NCBI RefSeq assembly: GCF_016432865.1
Contig: NC_067398.1
Coordinates: 83,824,001 to 83,888,000 of the forward strand
Direction of reading: 5' to 3'
Source of the DNA: Antechinus flavipes
Taxonomy: Eukaryota
DNA: 64,000 nucleotides
The notes beneath the pieces were generated by a model that was not told the origin of the DNA, made no database searches, and saw only the letters and a program-made list of their open reading frames with translations. The position numbers were made by a program, and so were the translations under genes. Shown here piece after piece: positions 25,791-35,940 of the stretch (the first letter of the stretch is position 1; the number at the start of each line of letters is the position of its first letter).

Positions 25791-26296
25791 CCGAGCCCCC
25801 CGCCCTCCCCCCAGCAAGGCCCCGCCCCCGCACCTAGCGGCCCCCCCGGGCCATGCCCGCTAGGCGCCCAAGTGCTCCGGCCCGCTTCGCTCCGGGCTGC
25901 TTTCAGTGGCTGCCCCAAGAATCCATGCGGGGCGCGGGGCACTGGCTAGGGGCGCGGGGCAGAGTCAGGGACAGCGGCACGAGGCTGGCCGGCCACGGGA
26001 GCCGCCTCCCCCGGGACGGGCTGACTGCGCCCCCTGGACCGCGCGCCTGGGGCGCATTCCACCTGGGCGCGGGCGGGCGGGCGGCTGGAGCCCCAGGCGG
26101 GGCGCTGGCGGGCCACCCGGGGCTAGGGCTGGGGCCGGAGCTGGGGCTGAAGTCGGAATCGGAGACGGGGCCGGGCCGGGAACGGGCCGGGGCTAGGGCT
26201 GGGGCCGGCCGCGACGCTTTCCTGCCTGGGCTGCCTGACTGCCTAGCTGCCTGGCGAAAAGCGAGCGCACTGAGCCCGGCTCTCGGCGCGCAGGCA

Positions 26297-26324
26297 ATTG
26301 GCCTCTCAATGCGGGAATTTGCAT
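26297..26324 (-). promoter_or_regulatory. CCAAT box plus octamer motif in the promoter
   Basis: ATTGG at 26297-26301 (CCAAT on minus) and a perfect octamer ATTTGCAT at 26317-26324, an AT-rich patch inside the GC-rich island. Motif match only. Confidence 0.5.
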
Positions 26325-26580
26325 AGCCCGGCCCAGCCCGGCCCCACCTCCCGGGGCGGGGAGCCACCCGGCCCGGCCCGGCCCCGGCCCCGTGCTCCCC
26401 GCCCCCTCTTCCACCGCCCTCTCCACCTGTCCGGCCCGGCCCAGCGCCCCGCGCACCCACCGCGGAGCTGCTCAGGGGGCCGTCGCCACAAAGGCGCCGG
26501 GTGAGGGAGGGGCGGAGTCGTGCCCTCCCCCGGGTCTGCATCGGGGGAGGGGAGCCCAGGCCTTTTTTTTTTTTTTAATT

Positions 26581-26582
<2 letters not shown>

Positions 26583-26624
<42 letters not shown>
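26583..26624. repeat. (AC)21 microsatellite preceded by a T tract
   Basis: Directly visible at the upstream edge of the CpG island. Confidence 0.95.
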
Positions 26625-26626
<2 letters not shown>

Positions 26627-26863
26627 CAGCTTTTTAAATATATTTTAAACCACGCAAGCCCCCTGCCCACTACCCCCGAGCTAGGGGCCTGGCCCCAGCC
26701 CCGAAAAGGGGTGGCGTCCCCTCCTCCCCTCTATCCCAACCAAGCCCCCCAGCCCCGCGACCGCTTTTGTTCGGCGATAATCATCCCTTAATCTCTCCCT
26801 TCGGCTTTGTCTCCCTTATTTATATACTTGAGTCTAGTGTTTATCCAGGGTCTAAACTCCCCC

Positions 26864-27190
26864 GGGGAGGGTGCGGGAGGGAGGAGGGGGAGGAGCAGCG
26901 GGCTGCAAGGGGAGGGGAAGAGGTGAAAAGCTGAGGGCTAGGTGTGAGAGAGGGGGGGAAAGGCGAGAAGGGGAGGAGGGAAAAAGGGAAGGAGGGAAGA
27001 AGGGAGGAGGTGAGCTGGAGGCGGAGGGGGGAAGGGGAGAGAGAAGAGAGGGAGAGAAAGGAAGATTGGAAGCAGAAAGAACGGGGAGGGAAAGAAGAGA
27101 AGGAGATGGAAGAGACGAGAAAGAATGAGAAGAGACGAGATGAGGGAGGGATAGGCAAAGACAAGAGGGGAGGAGAAGGAACGGGGAGAG
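26864..27190. repeat. Polypurine low-complexity tract (GGA/GAA-rich)
   Basis: About 320 nt that are predominantly A/G on the plus strand. Confidence 0.85.
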
Positions 27191-27426
27191 CTGTCGCTAC
27201 CCCCTTGTTCCCCACCCACCTTCCTAAGGAGGAACTAGATGTACCCTTGGGGGGAAAAAGTAGCCTCCTTTCCCCCGGTTTATTCCCTGAACTCCAGTGG
27301 TTAGCAATGGGGAAGAGTAGGATTGGAAGGCTGAGGGCTTTGAACTAATGCCTCCTGGGGCTGGAGAGAGGAGGATGTCCCTTGGGCTCTAGCCTCGGCC
27401 CGAACGAGCCTGCCTGAGGGCTCTGG

Positions 27427-27445
27427 TGTTCAGTAGATGGCAGTA
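27427..27445 (+). promoter_or_regulatory. Candidate CTCF site
   Basis: TGTTCAGTAGATGGCAGTA matches 13/14 positions of the CCASYAGRKGGCRS core, followed by TA; about 0.6 kb upstream of the CpG island. Confidence 0.5.
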
Positions 27446-29479
27446 TTCGCCCTGCTTCCTGGCAGGCCCTGGGTGGGGGGGAATGGTGGGGGGGGGGGGG
27501 GAAGCAATCCGGGACAGGCCAGAGGGGAATCCGGGTCTGGACTGCTCTAAGGAAGAGAATAGCCGGAGCCTCCCCTGTGGCCTTGCGCCAAACCCAAAGA
27601 GATTTCTAAGCCCCTTCTCTGATGAACCCTTCCCTGGCTTTGAGTTCTGGGTTCAGATTTTTCTTTTTGGCCACCTTGAGAAATGTTCCTGGAGATCTCA
27701 GCTAACCCATCTGTTAAACAAATCCATGATCTTTGGCTAGTTTCTCCGGCAGAGTCTAGGAGGAAGGGGAAAGGGGTTCTGAAGTAGAGTGAGATCGTGT
27801 GTTCGCTCTCCTCTAGGGAGAGAGGGAAAGTGAGAGCAGCAGGATTGGCAAGACTCTTATGTTATTATAACCCCAAACCAGGCGGGACTCTGTTCCCTCC
27901 TGTTCAGAGCACAAAGGCCCAACCCCCCTCCCCTTCAGCCCCAACTCCTTGGCTCCAACCCCCAGATCCCACCAAAGGGAAACTGGTTTCACTGTTCAAC
28001 TCCTCCAAGGGTGAAGAGGAGACTGCTGAACTGCCCCTGAGTAAACAGCAGAATCACTTCTCCCCACTTTATTTACACTTTAAAGGTTGTATGGGGTGTT
28101 TCAAGGAGGTTCAAGGAAGACTACTATCTCTTTTCAGGGTTTCTCATTCATCTTTTGTGGTGCCCACCTGTCACTCAATTCTTACCAGAGGCTCCAAAAA
28201 TCCAGAGTATGGGCAGCAGCCACACCACAGTAAACCTTTTGGGTAAACTGGCTAAATTAGGCTGAGGGTAACCAAAGGGATGGTCAGTTAGGGGAATGTC
28301 TACCCTAAATTTGTGAAGACTTCCCCTGGCAAAACGGGAGGATGAGAACAATTCATTCCAAGTGCCTTTAGGGCAGCTGGGAACCTCTTACAGCTTATTC
28401 AGACATCAAAGATGCCCAGGTCATATGCTGCATCCCAGACATTGATTGGCATCTTGCCACTGGACATAAATGACTCTGGAAGAGAAAATGAGGCTGATGA
28501 CTATAGAATTCTGCCTCCCTTAAATCCAATTCACTGAAAGTCAAGACATTGTCCTCTTTGAAAATGGATAGACAACAGGAGAGGATGAAATGGTCCATCT
28601 AGCCCTGAGACTGTTTGTTGTTTTTGACCTAAGGATTCATTGATTTTCCCATCCCAGAAGCTGAAGTAAAGAGTAGCATCTCAGTGATTAGCTCAGAGCC
28701 CCAGACACCAGCCCTAACCAAGAATTTGTCTATCCATGAACCCATATCCAGCCCACAACTGAAATTGTGCCTCACATCAACTACGTTGAGTTCCTAAGAT
28801 CCTATGGAACAGAATCACCTCATTCTTTGGAAGCTTGGTTTGGGGATGAGCTATGGGAGGAAAATAGGAATATTGAATACCAGCCAATCAGAATGACTGA
28901 TCCTGTGCTCTGGGTCTGGTAATCTGATCTCAAACAAATAACTTCTGCTCCTTTGTGCCAATCTCAAGGTCACAATGGCACTGGAGCAGTTCTGCCCATA
29001 GAAACCTAGGATGAAGGGACTGGTCATCCATCATACCTAAGGTATTCAGGGGATATTTCCCTCTTGGGACCCTCTCCAGCTCAGGGCCCTTTAAAGTGGT
29101 AAAAAGAAAATTCTGACACCTTATCCCATGACACAACAATGAGCAAGGATAGCCAGACAATTTTTGACAAAGGAGAGATCACCATCACCACCACCATCTG
29201 CACCATTATTCCCCATTGCCTTCATCATCGCTGTTCCCTTCATTGCCACCATTCCCTGTGCTTCGTTTCTCCCACTTACAAAATGGAGTCATAGTAACAC
29301 CCATCTCATCTTTTCATTGAGGGAGGATGTAAGGGCTCAGGAAACCCCTAAAGGAAGCCAAAGGATCAGAGTGTGACCTAGATGTTCAAGACTCAAATAG
29401 ATCTCTGATCTCATCAATATGGTAGCTCCTGGCAGGGCCAAGTATACAGATCATAGCCCAGCCTTGCCTGCTCAACCTA

Positions 29480-29800
29480 TAAGTTCACTCCAGGAGTTAG
29501 TATTAATCTTCTTCCTTTTCAACTATCCCATCTGTTCCCTACCCTTCTCCGGATCCTTATCAGCGTTAACCTAGATTATTACAACAGTCTCCTAATTGGG
29601 CTTCTCCCTTCCAATCTCTTCACTTTCTAGTTCATCTTCCACTCAGCAAACAAAATAATCCGTGAGTAGCCACATTACTTCTCTGCTCAGGAAGTTTCAA
29701 TGGTTCCCTGTTGCTTCTGGAATAAAGTACAAACTCCTTTGTTGGGCATTTAAAAGCCTTAATTTCTTCTGCTTACATCTGCAGACTTATTCCATATTAG
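29480..29800 (+). mobile_element. L2 fragment
   Basis: GATTATTACAACAGTCTCCTAATTGG...CTCTGCTCAGGAAGTTTCAATGGTTCCCTGTTGC...GGCATTTAAAAGCCTT, typical L2 3' region; boundaries approximate. Confidence 0.65.
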
Positions 29801-29833
29801 TCTCCCTCATTGTTTTAATTGCATACAACTCTT

Positions 29834-30042
29834 CATGGTCTCGTTCGGGCTTTTTTCTTGGCAGAGATACTGGAGTGGTCTGCCATTTTCTTCTTCAGCT
29901 CATTTTATAAATGAGGAAACTAAGGCAAACGAGATTAAATGACTTGCCCAGGATCACACAGCTATTAAGGTCAGATTTGAACTGAGGAGGAAATCTTGAC
30001 TCCAAGCTTGGTGCTCTGTGCACTATGGTGCCACCTGGCTGA
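29834..30042 (-). mobile_element. MAR1-like CORE-SINE
   Basis: TTTTCTTGGCAGAGATACTGGAGTGGTCTGCCATTTTCTTC...ATGAGGAAACTAAGGC...GTGCCACCTGGCTG. Confidence 0.8.
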
Positions 30043-32029
30043 ACTCCTCTTGTAATACCAGCAAAACTGGCCTATTTGGTTTGCTTAGTTTAATATTCCC
30101 CATATGACACAGCTCATTTTTTTTTCTTCTGAACCTTTACCTTTGTACTGGCTACCCCTTTCTGTACCTAGAATGCTCCTCTTCCTCTCTTAAGATCTTT
30201 GGCTTATATAAAGGCTCAGCTCAAACGGACTCTTCTCCAGAGGCTAGGACTTTCCCCCATAAGGCTGCCTTCTAACTACTCTGTATGTATCTTGTGTGTG
30301 CTTGTTTACTCATGTATTACACCTCCCACTAAAATGTAATCTCTCTGAGGGCAGGAGATATTTTTGCTTTTTTCTTAATGTCCTCAATGCTGGGTACAAT
30401 CTTCAGGCTGTTTCAGCCCCAGCAAATTCAGCAGACAGAAATCAGTCCCCCCGCCCCCAGTAGATATGATCACCTTAGATCTGACATGTCTTCCTGGAAT
30501 AGGGGGAACAGTGGCAGCTGGAACCTTGGGACATTAAGAGGATTAAGGACCCCAGGCTCTACTCTCATTGAGATTGTCAGGGCCTGTTTTCCTGCTCTAT
30601 GGGGCTGAAAGGATAATACAGCTGTAATGAAGGCTGGACCACCCCCAACCCCAGCCCCAGCCTGGCTCTGGGGATTCCCATTGATTTTTTTTCTTCAAGA
30701 CTTCAGATGTGTAAATGATGGTGGAATGGACAGCCTCCTTCTCTCTGGTCCACCTCTCCTTCCCTGCCCCCTTCCTTTCTGGCCTTCAAACCTCTCTTTT
30801 TTTTTTTCCTGGCAGCTGTGAAGTTCAGAGTCATGGAAATGCCACAGGGACCCCAAGACCCTGACTAATGATCCCCCTCCAAAGTCCTCCAAAGCCCTGA
30901 GGAGAGGTTGTAGAAAAGTAGAAAAGGGGTCACATCAGAGCTTCTGCCCTGACTGCTCCCCTAGCCCCCCCTCCCCACACAACAGGAATGGGGAGATCTG
31001 ATTTCCCCATCTGAGTGGGTGGCAGTTTCTCCAACAGACAGGACTAGAGACACCCCCCCCAAATGACAACTAGCCCATCTCTCTAGCTTAGGGTGTTCCA
31101 AGCCCCACCTGTACTTTCTTGCCACACAAGGAGTCCCCTTGCACTTAAGCCATGAGGCTCATAAAGGGTGGAAAACCCAGGTGCCGGGGATGACCAGGCT
31201 GAAGTCCAGTTCCATTACCCGTGGTCCAGCCTTCATCCGCTGAAGGTGAAAAATTGTCAACTACCTCTCAGCCGGCCTCCTAACCTCCCCCTCCCCCGTT
31301 GTTCCTAGGCTTAGGATATGAGAAAGGATTCAGCTGAAAACTCCTTTGAAATGTCCACCAAGCACACAGTGGGGCTGGGTTTTTTCTATCTCTTCCTCTG
31401 TGCTGTTATTACAGCTGGGGAGGAAATGACAGAGCCCCCATCTTTCTCTCTCTCTTTTTTAATAATGTGTGAACTTTCAAAGTCTTCAGACAGGCCTTGC
31501 TGACCTGCTGCTCCCAGCAGAGACAGGAGAGAGAACTGTACTAGACTCCCGAATTCAGAGGGGAAGGACTGTCTCCAAATTCCTGAGTATCCTCTCCAAA
31601 ATAGGAGAAATTACAAAAGCTCTGGGTCAAGTGAGCAGTCAAGGGCCAGAATAAAAGAAGAAGCTGTTGGGAGCTGGACAGCCCCTCTCAATACTAGCTT
31701 ATTTACAGAGAGAAGTTGCTTTATCATGGTAAGAACCTATATTGAATCACATTTTACAGTTAGATAAACTGAAGGTTAGAGAGTTTAAATGACTCATGCA
31801 GAATAATGCCAGTGAGTAAGGGAGACAGGATTCCCAACAGGATTGTTTTCGATTTTGTTTTTTGAGGGTTAAATTACTTGCCCAGGGTCATACAGCTAAT
31901 AAGTGTCTGAAGCCAGGTTTGAGCCTGGTCCTCTAAACTCCAGGGTGAGTCCCCGTACTCCCTAGCTACTTCCACCATAGTGTTCTTAACCTCATGGTTG
32001 GATAGAAGGAATTTCAGCAGCTAATTCAT

Positions 32030-32430
32030 ATACAAAAGGAAGCCCAAATGTAGTATATCTACCTAACAGTCATCCAGCTCTGCTTGAAGACTTGCAAGGA
32101 GGGAAAACCCACAAAAAGTCAGCTCTAATTGTTAGGGAGTTTTTCTTGAGCCTCCTTGTAGCTTTCTTTGCTCTTCCTTCCATCCACTGGGACTCAATGA
32201 AACAAATCTAGACCCTCCTTCCAGTCCTTTAGTTACCTGAAGACAGTTATGGAGTTCCCCCTTAAATCATCTCAGATTGAACATTCATGGTTCTTCCAAC
32301 TGCTCCTCCCATGGAATCAAGGTCCTTCATCATGATGGATGCCCTCCTCTGGAAGCTCCCCAGCTTTTTGGCCTCTTTCCTAAACTAAAACACCCAGAAC
32401 TGAACACAATTCTCCAAATAAGATCTTTCT
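32030..32430 (-). mobile_element. L3/CR1 LINE fragment (ancient)
   Basis: CATCCAGCTCTGCTTGAAGAC...CTGAAGACAGTTATG...CCCAGAACTGAACACAATTCTCCAAAT, characteristic of the CR1/L3 3' region. Confidence 0.6.
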
Positions 32431-34021
32431 AATGTCATGACTCTTTCTTTCCTTAAAGACTTGAAGGAGAAGAGAGAGGGCCATACATCCAGAGGAGATG
32501 AGCATATCAGGATCATTCCTTCCTAATTCCCCAAATTCTAAGCACTTTCCCCATTCCCTAATTTAGGATTTGAGATAAGTAATGGAAAGAGTCTTGCCCT
32601 AGGAGTTCCATCACTGTCCTTAGCTGGCTCAATTTCAGTTCCATGTGTAAAACAGAGGATTAGACTAAGGTGACTCTCTAAAACTTCCTCCAACTCTGAT
32701 ACTCTGTAATCTTTCCATATGGAAATGTTGTTCTTGGCGAGCCTTCCTCTTTCCATCCTCCTGTCCTCATGCTCAGGGTGCTAAGTGTGATGTCCCAGGG
32801 AGTAGGGATGGGTGCCATCTGGCCATCTTCCCGAGCTTCGTTCTTCTGGGTTATGTCTCCAGGAAGAGTGTTTGCAGGATGGTCTATTAGGGACTACTCT
32901 CGCTCTAGACACTTCAACGTGCTGAACTTCTCAGTAAGGGTATGAGTGAAGCCAGAGAGAGTGGGAAGATCAGAAAGCCTCTGGAGCTCTGAGCTTCCCC
33001 CAGGATTATAGGATCATAGGATTTGGCACAGAATAGAACCTTAGAGATCATAAATTCCTTCAGGGTCAATCTGGAAAAGAAGTAGCAGGTCTGAGAATTA
33101 AATGGAGCTCTGATTCTAAATCCAGTGTTCCTACAACTTCACATAGGGGAGAGGAGAAAGGAAGGGTGAGGAAAAAAATCCTGATTCTACGGAGGCTAAG
33201 GAAAGAAGGTTAGTCAGCCCTCTCTCCACAACTCAGTAAGAGAGATCCCGCTTAGCTAGGGTGGGCTAAGAAGGCTGCCTAGAAGAGAGGGGACTCAAAG
33301 GGCTTCTCAGGCTTAAATAGAAAATGGGGTAAAGGTGTTCTAGGTCAGGCAGTCAGCATGAGGAAAGGAAGGAAGGCTGGAATGAGTCTTGCCAGAATAT
33401 TTAAGAAAAAATAAATAAACCATCCGGACTGCATTTGGGACATTATGAAGCCTAACAGTGGAACACCATGTTGGGCCTAGGTAGACTTAGTCACATTGTC
33501 AAAGGCCTTGAATACCAGACTAGGGAGTTGGAACTTCCTGCCTCAGAACCTGGGGACACTTGAAATTGCTTTCAAGCAATTCAGGGAAGAATTGAGAAAT
33601 ACTTAACCAAGTTCAGAATTCCCCAATCATCTTCTTCCATCTATCCCTCCCCCAGCATGCATCTTGGACAGAGGAAGTAGCCAGACCAATATGTCCAGGC
33701 TCTATAGAGGGAAATGAACACATGCACACTTTATCTCTGCTTTGCCCCTGCTTACAGGTTGGGGCAAACCAGCTTACCAGGGGTCATTGGAGATTTCAGC
33801 TGTAGGCCCAGCTCAGCACGCAGAAACAGGCCCTGGCCTGCCCAGCATTCTCCAATGCTCAGAGAAGGCTCATATTTCCCTGTTCTTCAGGTTTTTCTGT
33901 CTCACCTGCCTTTAGTTTCCCCTCCACCTTCCACATGGCAGAGCAAGCTCCACCCTTGACACCCTGAGCAACCACGGATGCTAAGATCAGGAACGGCTTG
34001 TTGGCCAGTGGTTGATATGTT

Positions 34022-34303
34022 NNNNNNNNNNNNNNNNNNNNNNNNNNNNNNNNNNNNNNNNNNNNNNNNNNNNNNNNNNNNNNNNNNNNNNNNNNNNNNN
34101 NNNNNNNNNNNNNNNNNNNNNNNNNNNNNNNNNNNNNNNNNNNNNNNNNNNNNNNNNNNNNNNNNNNNNNNNNNNNNNNNNNNNNNNNNNNNNNNNNNNN
34201 NNNNNNNNNNNNNNNNNNNNNNNNNNNNNNNNNNNNNNNNNNNNNNNNNNNNNNNNNNNNNNNNNNNNNNNNNNNNNNNNNNNNNNNNNNNNNNNNNNNN
34301 NNN
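34022..34303. other. Assembly gap (282 N)
   Basis: Run of n characters. Confidence 0.99.
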
Positions 34304-34969
34304 TAGGGGCAGATCCTTAATTCAGAATATTATTGTAAGGAAAAATTGGGGATGTCCCACTCTCACTCCAGTTAACCTACTGGCATCTGCTGGAGTGGAC
34401 TAAGTACAGAGCCTCTAGTCAAATTTTGCCTTCTTCTTAGGGAGAAAACCCACAGAGTTGATAACTGGCTCTGAAGAGCCCCAATGAGCTTAGAATAGAG
34501 TTCTTAGAATATATGAATTATAGACTATCAAATCTAGATCTGAATTAGACATAGAATGTCAAAGCTAGAAGAGAGAACATCAGAGCTTGAAGGGCTCAAG
34601 TTTGTGCTCTCATTTTATTACTCCTTCCACAAAAGGAGGCTGATTTGCTCAAGGTTCCAGAAGGAGTTAATAGCAGAGTCAGAACTAGAACTCAGATCTC
34701 ATCTCCCAAATTTAATCAATCATTATAAAAAATTTGAATTGAACTTGGAAAGAATAAGTCCTGATAAGGAGAAACTGCATTCCAAGCACTTGGGCCAGTC
34801 AGCCAGAATTGAAGCCCTGGGTTCATGGGACAGCAAGAAAGCCAGCTTGACTGGACCATAGAGTGGGGAAAAGGGGAGTCATGTGTAATAAACTCAAGAT
34901 GCCTCCTTTCCATTCTAGAGCAAGTCCAGCAAGCTTTATTTTTTAAATTTTTTTTGCAAGCTTTATTTT

Positions 34970-35520
34970 TTAATAGTATTTTATTTTTCCAAATACATGC
35001 AAAGATAGTTTTCAACATTCACCTTTGTAAAACCTTGTATTCCAGATTATTCTCCCTCTCTCCCATTATTCCCCCTTCCCAAGACAATAAGCAATCCATA
35101 TAGATTAAACATGTGTAATTCTTTTAAACATATTTCCATATTCATCATATTGCACAAGAAAAATCAGACCAAAAGGGGGAAAAAAACAGGAGAGAAAAAA
35201 ACAAACAAACAAACAACAACAAAAAAGTGAAAATACTCTTCAATCTAAATGCAGTCTCTATAGTCCTCTCTCTGGATGCAGATGGCACTTTCCATTCCAT
35301 GTCTATTGGAATTGCCTTGAATCACTTCATTGTTGAAAAGACCCAAGTCCGTCACAGTTGATCATAATGTTATTGTTACCGTGTACAATGTTCTCTTGGT
35401 TCTGCTCACTTCACTCAGCATCAGTTCACATAAGTCTTTCCAGGTTTTTCTGAAATTAATCTGCTCATCATTTCTTATACAACTTATATTTATATATCAC
35501 AACTTCTTCAGCCATTCCCT
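34970..35520 (-). mobile_element. L1 3' end fragment
   Basis: TTTTCCAAATACATGCAAAGATAGTTTTCAACATTCACC...TCACTCAGCATCAGTTCACATAAGTCTTTCCAGG is the reverse complement of the ORF2 end and 3' UTR seen at 55345-56030. Confidence 0.85.
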
Positions 35521-35589
35521 GGGAGGGTCTTTAAATGTGAAACAGGTGTTTATACTTGATCCTAGAGACAATGATAGGGACCCATTGGG

Positions 35590-35940
35590 GGAGTTTGTTG
35601 AATAAAGGAGTAAATTGTCAGCTCAATGCTTTAGCAATATCACTTTGATGGTTGCATGTGGGATGGATTGGAGAGGACAGAGACTTTAGACAGTTCCTGT
35701 AATAATCCCCGTAAGAGAGGTACTGAGATTCTGAACTAAGGTGGTAGTCATATGAATAGAGTGAAGGAGACCTGGGCATATGGAAGGAGAATGGATAGGG
35801 TTTAGTAACTGATTGCAAATGAAAGAAAGGGAAAGTGATGGGTCAAGGATGACTTCCAGGTTGCAACCTGAGTGAATGGAAGGATGGTGTTACCTTAGAA
35901 AAGTCAGAGAAAGGAGCAGATTGGGAGAGGTCTTTGGGGA
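35590..35940 (-). mobile_element. L2 fragment
   Basis: GGATGGATTGGAGAGG...GAGGTACTGAGATTCTGAACTAAGGTGG...AAGGATGACTTCCAGGTTGCAACCTGAGTG; boundaries approximate. Confidence 0.65.

Larger units (their letters stand above)
25380..26800. promoter_or_regulatory. CpG island / SEMA3F promoter region
   Basis: Abrupt rise in GC and CpG density against a strongly CpG-depleted background; many GC boxes; TCACGTCA at 25380-25387; encloses the exon 1 donor. Confidence 0.9.

Noticed and set aside
26025-26043. CCAGGGGGCGC CTCF-like core on the minus strand
   Set aside because: Lacks the strongly conserved 5' CC; such GC-rich matches are common in CpG islands.
25368-26637. Many long overlapping ORFs (up to 212 aa) on both strands in the CpG island
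   Set aside because: Ala/Gly/Pro/Arg low-complexity products expected from stop-poor GC-rich DNA; no recognisable domain.
33978-34403. ORFs spanning poly-X
   Set aside because: Artefact of the N gap.
34556-34861. 101-aa protein-like ORF (MSKLEERTSELEGLK...)
   Set aside because: Overlaps MIR-derived sequence; no recognisable family.
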